From Eledone cirrhosa (Eukaryota), in the NCBI GenBank assembly GCA_964016885.1, contig OZ024753.1:22382001-22446000 (forward strand): a stretch of 64,000 nt of DNA. Reading direction: 5' to 3'. A program made the position numbers and the translations under genes. Shown here one piece after another: positions 53,244 to 63,391 of the stretch. The notes under the pieces were generated by a model, which ran no database searches, was not told the origin of the DNA, and saw only the letters and a list, made by a program, of their open reading frames with translations. The first letter of the stretch is position 1, and each line of letters opens with the position of its first letter.

Positions 53244-55470
53244 GTTATTCCTTGAATCTCAGTCATTGATGTTGGTTAACTGGAAAGTCCGTTGGATTGA
53301 ATATCAAGCCACTACCTGCAGCCTCAGATATTCAGGACGTATCGGAGGGTTCTTGCTGTTCCAAGCAAGCATGCCTTTTGAAGCGTTCCAAAAAGCGTGA
53401 AGGGGCTGATTTTCTTTAACCATCCCTGGAAACTTTTGGAGATAGTCCCCAGTGCGCCTATGACAATCGGGATCACTTTGACTTCATGGCAGTTCCAAAT
53501 CCTTTTCACCTCCCACTTTAGGTCCTGGTATCGGTTAATTTTCTCCCTCTCCTTCTCTTGCACTCTCGTGTCGAACGGGCAGGCCACATCCACAATCAGA
53601 CACGATCTTTTTTCTTTGTCCACAACCACCAGGTCAGGTCTATTGTGTTCCAGTTTTTTGTCCGTCTGTATCCTGAAATCCCACAGCACCTTCACCTGAT
53701 TGTTCTCCATCACCGCCTCTGGCCTATGCTCATACCATTTCTCAGAATGTGGTAAATTGTTTACTTTGCACAGGTGCCAGTGGATCACCCTGCCCATCAC
53801 ATCGTGTCTCCAGCCCTTATAGTGGGTCTGGGCTAGGTGTTTACACTCGGACACAATGTGAGCCACAGTCTCCTCTCTCTCTCCACAGATCCTGCACAGT
53901 GGGCTAGCCTCCTCCTTGTAAATATGGTGCTTCAACCACTTCGTTTTGAGGGCCTGCTCCTGCGCAGCCATTAGCATTCCTTCTGTAGCCTTTTTGAGGT
54001 CTCCTCTTCTCAACCAGTTCCATGTCTGTGGATCTCTAAATTCAGTTTTCTCAAAGAAGGTACTATGAAGGGATTTTCCCTTAAGGCTGCTCTTCCTCCT
54101 TGATGTTATTTCCTCCTTGGACATCCCCTGGCCTACTGTCCCCTCCTTCAGTACAGTTCTGAGCATTGGCTCCTTACTATAGGTCACGTATTTGTATAGG
54201 TTGTTTTTCTCCATCTGAACACAGTCCTCTATGCTGATAAGACCTCTTCCACCCTCAGATCTCCTTAGGTAGAGTCTATCGACATCACTCCTCTTGTGGA
54301 ACATGTTGTAGATAGTCAATAGCTTCCTAGTCTTCCTATCCATTTCTTTTTGTTCAGCAACATTCCATCTCAGAATTCCCGCACTGTACCTAATAATAGA
54401 CACAGCTCGGGAATTTACTGCGCTTATGGCATTTCTGCTGTTCAGATGTGACTTCAATACGCTCCTTACTCTCCGAATGTATTCAGTTCTTAACAATTCC
54501 TTCATTTTTTTGTTCTTTATGCCATCAGCCTCCAGAACGCCCAAATACTTGTATCCTTCCTCAGAGTCAATTTCCTTTATCATCTCACCTGTTGGTATCT
54601 GGATCCCGTTACTTCTGCTCAACCTACCCCTCCTCATCACAATGACTCCACATTTACCAATACCAAACTGCATACATATATCACTGCTGAAAATACGGAC
54701 AGTGTCAACAAGCACATCCAACTCCTTCTCACTTTTCCCGAAGAGCTTAAGATCGTCCATGAAGAGGAGGTGATTGATGGTAAGCTCTCCCCTTCCCAAC
54801 TTGTATCCTGCTCTCACTTTTCGCAGCATAATGGTCAAGGGCATCAGGGCAAGGACAAACAACAGAGGGGACAGGCTATCTCCCTGGAAGATACCTCTCT
54901 TGATCTTCACGCTTCCCAAGGATACACCAGTTGATGTCAACTCTGTCTCCCAGGACCCCATACTCCTGCCTAGCAACTGTCTGATGTTATCTGCCACCCT
55001 GAAGATCTCCAGGCTTTTGGTGATCCAAGAATGAGGCACCATGTCAAATGCCTTTCTGTAGTCTATCCATCCCATGGCAAGGTCAGTGTGTCTCCTCCTG
55101 CAATTCCCCATTACCATCTTATCAATAAGTAACTGGTCCTTTGTACCACGTGACTTCTTTCGGCATCCTTTCTGTTCGTCCGGTAACAAGTTGTTTGTGT
55201 GGAGGTGATGGTAGATTTCCTCAGACACAATGCTCGTCAACAGTTTCCACATTACGGACAGACATGTGATAGGTCTATAGTTGGTAACATCATTACTCTT
55301 GATTCGGTCTTTCATTATCAGAACTGTAGTACCTTTTGTCAACCACTCTGGCACCTCACCCGACACCAAGCAGTCATTGAACATGGCCGTCAGCTTCGGG
55401 TGGAGGGATGTTAAATGTTTAATCCAATACCCCTGCACACCATCTGGGCCTGGTGATTTCCAGTTGGTTA

Positions 55471-55473
<3 letters not shown>
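53244..55473 (-). mobile_element. R4/Dong-like family A, 5'-truncated, young
   Basis: Uninterrupted reading frame 55438-53324; 3' UTR shared with the copies at 41807 and 59875; (AAT)n on both sides. Confidence 0.93.
53324..55438 (-). CDS. RT + CCHC finger + restriction-like endonuclease (5'-truncated, lacks the natural start)
   Basis: 704 codons open: NYRPITCL, EQKGC, WIDYRKAFD, GIFQGDSLSPLLF, FMDDLKL, YKYLG, CRIC..H..C, RPD..D..EK..RY. Confidence 0.85.
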   Translation of the reverse strand: MQGYWIKHLTSLHPKLTAMFNDCLVSGEVPEWLTKGTTVLIMKDRIKSNDVTNYRPITCLSVMWKLLTSIVSEEIYHHLHTNNLLPDEQKGCRKKSRGTKDQLLIDKMVMGNCRRRHTDLAMGWIDYRKAFDMVPHSWITKSLEIFRVADNIRQLLGRSMGSWETELTSTGVSLGSVKIKRGIFQGDSLSPLLFVLALMPLTIMLRKVRAGYKLGRGELTINHLLFMDDLKLFGKSEKELDVLVDTVRIFSSDICMQFGIGKCGVIVMRRGRLSRSNGIQIPTGEMIKEIDSEEGYKYLGVLEADGIKNKKMKELLRTEYIRRVRSVLKSHLNSRNAISAVNSRAVSIIRYSAGILRWNVAEQKEMDRKTRKLLTIYNMFHKRSDVDRLYLRRSEGGRGLISIEDCVQMEKNNLYKYVTYSKEPMLRTVLKEGTVGQGMSKEEITSRRKSSLKGKSLHSTFFEKTEFRDPQTWNWLRRGDLKKATEGMLMAAQEQALKTKWLKHHIYKEEASPLCRICGEREETVAHIVSECKHLAQTHYKGWRHDVMGRVIHWHLCKVNNLPHSEKWYEHRPEAVMENNQVKVLWDFRIQTDKKLEHNRPDLVVVDKEKRSCLIVDVACPFDTRVQEKEREKINRYQDLKWEVKRIWNCHEVKVIPIVIGALGTISKSFQGWLKKISPFTLFGTLQKACLLGTARTLRYVLNI

Positions 55474-55544
<71 letters not shown>

Positions 55545-55559
55545 CGGGGTCGATTAATA

Positions 55560-55597
<38 letters not shown>

Positions 55598-55598
<1 letters not shown>

Positions 55599-58500
55599 TG
55601 CATTTATCTTGCTTTATGTTTATACGAGTTATCACCAAGTCACAACCAGTGACCTCAAGAGACAACAAGGTCCGCCATGTTCAAGAAAGAACACACATAT
55701 TCACACATGCATCCTTAGTGTTTAGACTTGTGATGTACTTATATTGACAGGATCTTCCTTAGTATATGGGCAGTTCCCATTAGTACTATCTTTTGTATTT
55801 CTCCTATACACGGGTTTCCTGGGATTTGCGATAAGTAGTCGTTAGACCCCTTAGGTATCATTCCCAGAGCGCCTACAACCACTGGTATTGTTTTAGTTCT
55901 CAATTTCCACATTTTTCCAATTTCTATCTCCAGGTCCTTATACTTGCTCAATTTTTCAAATGTTTTTATAGATACATTCTTGTCTATTGGAACAGACATA
56001 TCAATTAGCAGGCATACCCTCCTTTGAAAGTCCTTCAATATTATATCAGGTCTATTTGCATCTATTTTTCTGTCTATTTGGATGCTAAAGTTCCACAAGA
56101 TTGAGATGTGATCTTTTTCAAGTATGGGAGGTGGTTGATGCTCCCACCAATTCTTTTGATGGGGCAGGTCAAAATGCTTACACATTATCCAATGTATGTA
56201 TTGTGCAGCTCTGTCATGCCTGTTTAGGTATTCGGTTGGAGCTATAGGACTGCACATTGAAATTATATGGTCAATGGTCTCTGGTTGTTTTTTGCATACA
56301 CGGCATAATGGGCTGCACCCATTTTTTATTATGTTGGCTTGGTAATTTTTTGTTGGCAGACACTGATCTTGTGCGGATATAATCAGTCCTTCAGTCTCCG
56401 ATTTCAGTCCAGAGGATTCCAACCACTGATGGGTTAAAGTTTTGTCAACATCAGGATTGTTAGCTCGTTCTGGGTATTTTCCATACAGAGGCTTTTCTTG
56501 CCATTTCTTAGCCAGTTTCTGTAGCAGTTCTTTCTTTGCAGTTACTTTTACCTGCTTTGCTTTTTCTGTGTTTTCCATTTCAGCAGTAAATGGGACTTCT
56601 GAAATTTGTAGTCCATTACTGTATCTTTGTGCATCTTTTGTAATGGAATATGATCTTTTGGTGCTTTCGTGTTTCAAAACGAGTTTGATCATCCAATCAT
56701 GTGATTCCCTTAGATATGTGGATAATCCAATTGTTGCAGTTTTCAACGCAATGTCTAACTGGATTAACCCACGTCCTCCTTCTTTCCTAGGGAGATATAT
56801 TCTATCTATGTCTGCCTTAGGGTGATGCATTCTGTGCATGGTTAAGAATTTTCGGATTTTTGTATCGAGCCTACGGATCTCTGTGCTTGACCAGTTGATG
56901 ACATTGTAACTGTAGGTTACTACTGGTATGGCAAGCGTGTTTATGGCATCGATCCTATTCCTTGCATTCAATTCCGTTCTTAAGATTGCTCTGACTCTGC
57001 GGTAACATTCCTTCCTTATCCTTTCCCTCATTGTCGAGTGCTTGATTCTGTCTCCTTCACAAACACCTAGATATTTGTAAGTTTGTTCTTGATCAAGCTC
57101 TCTTATCACGTTCCCCCGATCAAGATTAATGTCTGAACTCTTCAGCAGCTTTCCTCTGGTGAACGTTGCTTTGGCGCATTTATCCAGTCCAAACTCCATT
57201 TTAATGTCATCACTGAACTGCTTCACAGTGGATAATAGCCCTTGCAATTGTTCATCATTTTTTGCAAATAGTTTCAGGTCATCCATGTAGAACAGGTGAT
57301 TAATGGTTTTGTCATAGACTCTATATCCATGTTTTGTTTCATTGAGCATTTTACTTAATGGTATAAGTGCGATGCAGAATAAAAGCGGTGATAAAGAGTC
57401 ACCCTGAAAAATTCCACAATTAATGTTAACTTCTCCAGCTTCCAGTGATTTTGTTTCACTACTCAAAAGGAGTGTCGTTCTCCATGTCCTCATACTGAAT
57501 GACAAAAACCTCCTGATAACGGGGGATATTTTGAAAATCTCTAAACATTTTTCAATCCAACTGTGTGGCAAACTATCAAATGCTTTTTTATAATCTATCC
57601 AAGCAATCGATAGATTTTTGTGTCTATTATGACAATCTTCCAGTATCATTTTGTTAACCAGAAGCTGATCCTTACAGCCATATGAGCCTCGTTTACACCC
57701 TTTCTGCTCAATGGGAAATAGGTCATTTGTTATCAGGTGGTCATATGTGTATTCAGTTAGGACTGATGTTAAAATTTTATACATTGTGGTCAAGCAGGTT
57801 ATCGGTCTGTAATTTTTGGGATTGTTTGTCTCATCATTCTTCGGTAGCAGGAATGTAATGCCGTTAACTAGCCATGATGGTATCTTTTCTGGCTCCTTAA
57901 CTATTTCATTGTAAAGTTGGGCTAACAGCTCATGAAACTCTGTGAAGGCATTTATCCAAAAGTTTTGTATTTTGTCTTTTCCTGGGGATTTCCATTTGCT
58001 GGTTTTTCTTAGAGCCAAGCGCAGCTGTTCAACTGTTATATTTTCCCATGTTTGTTCTTCAAGGTGAGCTGTTTCTTTCATTTGTCTGTCTATCCATGGG
58101 GCATGTATGTTATGAACTTTTTCTTCGGCCCAGATCTTTTCCCAGAATTCTTGCACTTCCCCCTTGGGTGGTATTGATTTAGCAGTTATTGTTGACTTAC
58201 CAATTTTTCTGTAGAAGTTTCTTTGGTTGTTTTTGAACATATTATTGTCCTTATAGAATCTAGATCGTTTTTCAAAGCGCCTTATACGAGCAGCTTTGGC
58301 CGACACTTTTTGCTTGATTGTTTCTATCAGCATATCTATGTCACATGTTGATCTTATACTGTACTTTTTTTTCAATTTTCTAAGTTTAGTTTGTTTAACA
58401 TGTTCACCTACTTTATAGTTTGTTAAAATTTCTATGTCAGATCGGAGAAGGTTTATTTGGCGATTGATGTTATCTTGCCAAGTAGATTTCTTGTGGGAAT

Positions 58501-59575
58501 TCCTTTGTTTTTTCATCTTCACTCCACATAAGTGAGTGGTGACTTTAGCCGATGCATAATAGAGATGATTTAAGTCAGTAATGTTTAGTTTGTTTGTGAT
58601 GATAATGTTTTTGAGAATTATGTTAGTCTTGTGTATTATCTTTTGGTTCTGTTTGGTGTTCTGGATCTTAGGGAGGGTGTCTCGTTCCCCCATGTCAGAT
58701 TCTTTCATTTTCATCAATTCGATCATAATTTCATCCTTCAAGTTGGCAAGTTCATTCTCATTCATTTCTTTATCATTTACGATCTCATTATTTTCATTTG
58801 GAGTTTAATCCTGAGCATGCACTCCCTCCACTTTTTCGCTCCTTTCTTTAATTTGTTCTGTTGCCAGTGATTCCGCCCCAACTCTGGGATTCGAAGTGTT
58901 ACAGTTTACCTCGTTTTCACTGACACATGCTTCATTTTCCCTTCGCTGAATTTGTGCTACTAGCTTGATCTGATCAATTTCTATATCAGTTAGTAACTTT
59001 TTTCTTACAATATTTCTTCGTATATTGGCTAGTTTGTTACTGTCAATATAGCCTCTGTTTTCGGGATGTTTCTTTTTCCAGTTGATATATGTTTGCTCTG
59101 TATTCGATGTATTTGATGGGTAGTACATGGCAGTGTAGAAAGCCTCAAGGACTTCTTTATTATCTTCCCATGACCATTTTTCTCTCTTTTTCTTTGGATT
59201 TCTTGGTGGTGAGCATGGAGGGCCAACAGTAGGAGTATTCCGGTTATGGGAGGTCTCCAGCTCCGAAGTGATGGGAAGGTTTGAACCATTAGCTGATTTT
59301 TCGACCCCAGTCTGGTTCCTCTCTGAGGGACGCGGCCCTTTTTTTACCCGGGTGACGGCCGATCCGGTATGAGATTTCATCATTAGACATCTACTTTATT
59401 TTGTCGCGTTTTATCCTTATCCGCCAAGGGGTAATCTTTTCGTGTTACCACTTCTAGAACGAGTGTCAACCAAGACTAGAGGGGTCGTTCTCCCCTAGAG
59501 ACATGGCTATTCCCCGCCGGCCGCCATCCCGGTATTTCTTGGTCACGGGGTTTTCCTTTTGTTGTTTTTTTTAAA
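55598..59575 (-). mobile_element. R4/Dong-like family B, full length
   Basis: 5' UTR, single long ORF, 3' UTR and (AAT)n tail. Confidence 0.93.
55739..59383 (-). CDS. R4/Dong-like polyprotein (~1214 codons) with one in-frame TAA at 58805-58807
   Basis: ORFs 59383-58805 and 58765-55739 share a frame (39-nt gap: AQD*TPNENNEIVNDKEM); KKREKWSWEDN N-terminal motif, RT (FYMDDLKL), CRVC..H..C, NRPDIIL..IDMSVP..EKLSKY. Confidence 0.9.
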
Positions 59576-59637
59576 TTGTTATTATCATGAGTGGTTCCTT
59601 AATGTGAGCATTGCGTGGCTTAAGAATGAAATTATTA

Positions 59638-59690
59638 ATAATTGTCTCCACTCGAGGCACAAGGCCAGCAATCACCCAGTGCATTACAAT
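59638..59690 (-). mobile_element. 3' tail fragment of the Deu/Nin-like SINE
   Basis: Reverse complement GTAATGCACTGGGTGATTGCTGGCCTTGTGCCTCGAGTGGAGACAATTATT. Confidence 0.7.
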
Positions 59691-59798
59691 AATATAATAT
59701 ACTTTTTGTTGTAGTTGGCTGTTATTGCTGCTGGCTATGTCGGTGGTGGTGCCGGGGCTTTTTATATTGTTGGTGAGGAAGGGGGGAGCCAGCAGTCC

Positions 59799-59868
<70 letters not shown>

Positions 59869-59874
59869 GTTATT

Positions 59875-60986
59875 GTTATTCCTTGAATCTCAGTCATTGA
59901 TGTTGGTTAACTGGAAAGTCCGTTGGATTGAATATCAAGCCACTACCTGCAGCCTCAGATATTCAGGACGTATCGGAGGGTTCTTGCCGTTCCAAGCAAG
60001 CATGCCTTTTGAAGCGTTCCAAAAAGCGTGAAGGGGCCGATTTTCTTTAACCATCCCTGGAAACCTTTGGAGATAGTCCCCAGTGCGCCTATGACAATCG
60101 GGATCACTTTGACTTCATGGCAGTTCCAAATCCTTTTCACCTCCCACTTTAGGTCCTGGTATCGGTTAATTTTCTCCCTCTCCTTCTCTTGCACTCTCGT
60201 GTCGAACGGGCAGGCCACATCCACAATCAGGCACGATCTTTTTTCTTTGTCCACAACCACCAGGTCAGGTCTATTGTGTTCCAGTTTTTTGTCCGTCTGT
60301 ATCCTAAAATCCCACAGCACCTTCACCTGACTGTTCTCCATCACCGCCTCTGGCCTATGCTCATACCATTTCTCAGAATGTGGTAGATTGTTTACTTTGC
60401 ACAGGTGCCAGTGGATCACCCTGCCCATCACATCGTGTCTCCAGCCCTTATAGTGGGTCTGGGCTAGGTGTTTACACTCGGACACAATGTGAGCCACAGT
60501 CTCCTCTCTCTCTCCACAGATCCTGCACAGTGGGCTAGCCTCCTCCTTGTAGATATGGTGCTTCAACCACTACGTTTTGAGGGCCTGCTTCTGCGCAGCC
60601 ATTAACATTCCTTCTTTAGCCTTTTTGAGGTCTCCTCTTCTCAACCAGTTCCATGTCTGTGGATCTCTAAATTCAGTTTTCTCAAAGAAGGTACTATGAA
60701 GGGATTTTCCCTTAAGGCTGCTCTTCCTCCTTGATGTTATTTCCTCCTTGGATATCCCCTGGCCTACTGTCCCCTCCTTCAGTACAGCTCTGAGCATTGG
60801 CTCCTTACTATAGGTCACGTATTTGTATAGGTTGTTTTTCTCCATCTGAACACAGTCCTCTATGCTGATAAGACCTCTTCCACCCTCAGATCTCCTTAGG
60901 TAGAGTCTATCGACATCACTCCTCTTGTGGAGCATGTTGTAGATAGTCAATAGCTTCCTAGTCTTCCTATCCATTTCTTTTTGTTC
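59875..60986 (-). mobile_element. R4/Dong-like family A, short 5'-truncated copy
   Basis: Nearly identical to 53244-54355; one nonsense change at ~60570; (AAT)n flanks. Confidence 0.92.
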
Positions 60987-61004
60987 CTATCCAATTCCTA
61001 TCCA

Positions 61005-61043
<39 letters not shown>

Positions 61044-61256
61044 GAATGCCATGGTTGACGGAGGCTCGGCTCTGTAAGGTATAGTAATTTTTAACCGTTA
61101 AAACAATTGTAAATTGTTTAAAACTTGAACCAAATTGTTGATAAAGACACCCTCCTCCTCGTGAGAGGGGTCTTTCTGTCCGTTATTTGGCCCTTCGGGG
61201 TTAAATAACCAGTTATTGGGGTTTTGTACCCAAAATTTCATTTTAAACAAAAAAAC

Positions 61257-63356
61257 ATGGCTACCAAAAAAAAAAAATTTCATACGTCACTCCCACTCAT
61301 TCCGTCTTCTTCTTCCTCAATCATCACTACAGGAGAGAGAAGATTGTCTCTCTCCCTCCCTTCTTTAAATGTGTCTCTCTCCCTACCTTCTCTTTCGCAA
61401 GCGACGAAAGAAAAGAAAAGTCTCGTGCAAAGCGTGCAAGGTTTCTCCACGACGACGACGACAGCGACGAAACAGGTGTGCGGGAAATACGAAAACCCAG
61501 TTCATTCGTCTGACGTCAGGAATAATAGCAGTAGCAGCCGTAATAACAACAGCAACAGTGACAATGAAAACAACAGTAGCAGCCGCAACAGCATCACCAG
61601 CAGCATAAACAACAACAGCATTAGCAGCAGCAACACCAACAACAACCACAGCAACAGCGGCGGAGGCAGTAGTCGTAGTACCTGCAGCAACAACAAAAGT
61701 ACCAGCAGCTCTGACGACAACAACAACAGCAGAGAAAAACCAATCTCATTTGCAGGTATTGCGAAAAACCTGGAAACAATCCTCATAACAAATGAGGAAT
61801 TAGAGGAAGCGAAGAAGATGGTGACAAAGAACGGACACCGAGCAATCTGCAAGGCAGCGAAAAATTTTTTCGAAACCCAAGAGCACTGTACGGTCACGTA
61901 CCGTACAGTAAGTACAAAATCCCGTAGGGTGGAAAGAGCCACAGAGGCCCAAATACAAAAAGCCTTGGGGTCTGTGTGGCAGAGGAAAACGCACATCACC
62001 CGAGGCAAAAAATACGCCACCGTAGACGTACTTTTTGCCACACCCCAGGAGGCAAAGGCCCAATCAGTAGTGACCCTAAGGAGCGAGGAAATGGTGTTGG
62101 TGCCCTCCTACTGCGGGCAAAAAATTGTGAGGGTCAAACTGACCCACGTCCCCCCCGGAATGACCCCTTCTTGGCTGGCCGCGTCTGTCCTCGTCGGAAT
62201 CGAGGACAAAACAACTGTACTGCAAGTACAGAAAAAAGTAAGAGAAGATTGGGTCGGCTCCTCCATTGAGATGCTAATCCAAACCAACCAGGAGTGCATC
62301 GAAGCTATCCCGGATGTGATAGACTTCGATAACGGCACTCAACTGCCCATAAGTGTTGAGGGCAAACGCCCGAAATGCTTTCGCTGTGGATCGAAGACTC
62401 ACCTCAGGGCCTTCTGCAACGAGAAGACCCTGAGAAAGGAGAAAACCCCCCTCCTCCCGAATCCGGTTCCACGGCTACCAGCAACAGGACAAGCGGCAAC
62501 CAGGAACGATAGGTCCGTGGCACCCATACCCACTCCACGGAAATCAAAGACAGCAGCAGCAGTGGAAATATTAACAACAACAACAGCAATACCAAATGCA
62601 GCTGCAACAGAGACTCCAGTGCAAACATCACCAACAACAACAAGTGAAAGAGTGGAGCTGGTACCCCTCCCCGACCTTACAGAATCAGACATGGAGTGTG
62701 AGGTGGGAGAGGGATGGCAAAAGGTCTCAAGAAGGCACAAACGCAGAAGCAGCGCATCGTCGCCTTTGAAAAGGGAGGAAAGAAATGAGAAAAGGGTAAA
62801 GTCTACTGCAAAGAGACCCACAGCAGCAACACCACCAACACCATCACCACCCACACCAGCACCACCATCACCACCGGCGACAACCCCACCGCCAACAACA
62901 CCTTCAACACCACCACCACAAGCACCAACATCGCAAACACAACAACAAAACACACACACCCAGCAACAACGACAAGAAAATAGCAGAACCACACCCCACC
63001 CCCAGAAAAACAAATGCACGGCAATAAACACACACAACAAGAAACTAATGACTTACATAATTGAACACACAGACATTTCACAACAGGACTACATAATACC
63101 AGCACCAATCAAAACGCCAACTAACATAAGACTGCTAAAAATAGCACAGAAACAATACACAAACATTAAAACGAAATTCCCCAACGCAGTTGGTGATTTC
63201 AGGGACCTAGGAGGAACCATTAATCGAAGAGTATATTCAGACATTCTCTTAGAAGAGCCGACGACCAGCCGAAGGGACGATTCAACGGTCCCTTCACCAG
63301 ACGATCAAGTGAAAAGGGATGTAAAAACCATCCCTCCTCTACCAAAAATACGGTAA
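61257..63356 (+). CDS. Tx1-like ORF1 nucleic-acid-binding protein
   Basis: ATG at 61257; S/N-rich N-terminus, block homologous to the first ORF1, CFRCGSKTHLRAFC zinc knuckle, P/T-rich tail. Confidence 0.85.
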   Translation: MATKKKKFHTSLPLIPSSSSSIITTGERRLSLSLPSLNVSLSLPSLSQATKEKKSLVQSVQGFSTTTTTATKQVCGKYENPVHSSDVRNNSSSSRNNNSNSDNENNSSSRNSITSSINNNSISSSNTNNNHSNSGGGSSRSTCSNNKSTSSSDDNNNSREKPISFAGIAKNLETILITNEELEEAKKMVTKNGHRAICKAAKNFFETQEHCTVTYRTVSTKSRRVERATEAQIQKALGSVWQRKTHITRGKKYATVDVLFATPQEAKAQSVVTLRSEEMVLVPSYCGQKIVRVKLTHVPPGMTPSWLAASVLVGIEDKTTVLQVQKKVREDWVGSSIEMLIQTNQECIEAIPDVIDFDNGTQLPISVEGKRPKCFRCGSKTHLRAFCNEKTLRKEKTPLLPNPVPRLPATGQAATRNDRSVAPIPTPRKSKTAAAVEILTTTTAIPNAAATETPVQTSPTTTSERVELVPLPDLTESDMECEVGEGWQKVSRRHKRRSSASSPLKREERNEKRVKSTAKRPTAATPPTPSPPTPAPPSPPATTPPPTTPSTPPPQAPTSQTQQQNTHTQQQRQENSRTTPHPQKNKCTAINTHNKKLMTYIIEHTDISQQDYIIPAPIKTPTNIRLLKIAQKQYTNIKTKFPNAVGDFRDLGGTINRRVYSDILLEEPTTSRRDDSTVPSPDDQVKRDVKTIPPLPKIR

Positions 63357-63391
63357 GTGGTCTTTCCCATCTTTTCCACTCTATTTTAAAC

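Noticed and set aside
59400-59580. Canonical HDV-like ribozyme
   Set aside because: Could not place P1/P1.1/L3 and the catalytic J4/2 in the required order; kept as an unclassified structure instead
43004-63108. Many antisense or alternate-frame ORFs over the LINEs
   Set aside because: Shadow ORFs of the retrotransposon coding regions with no independent motifs
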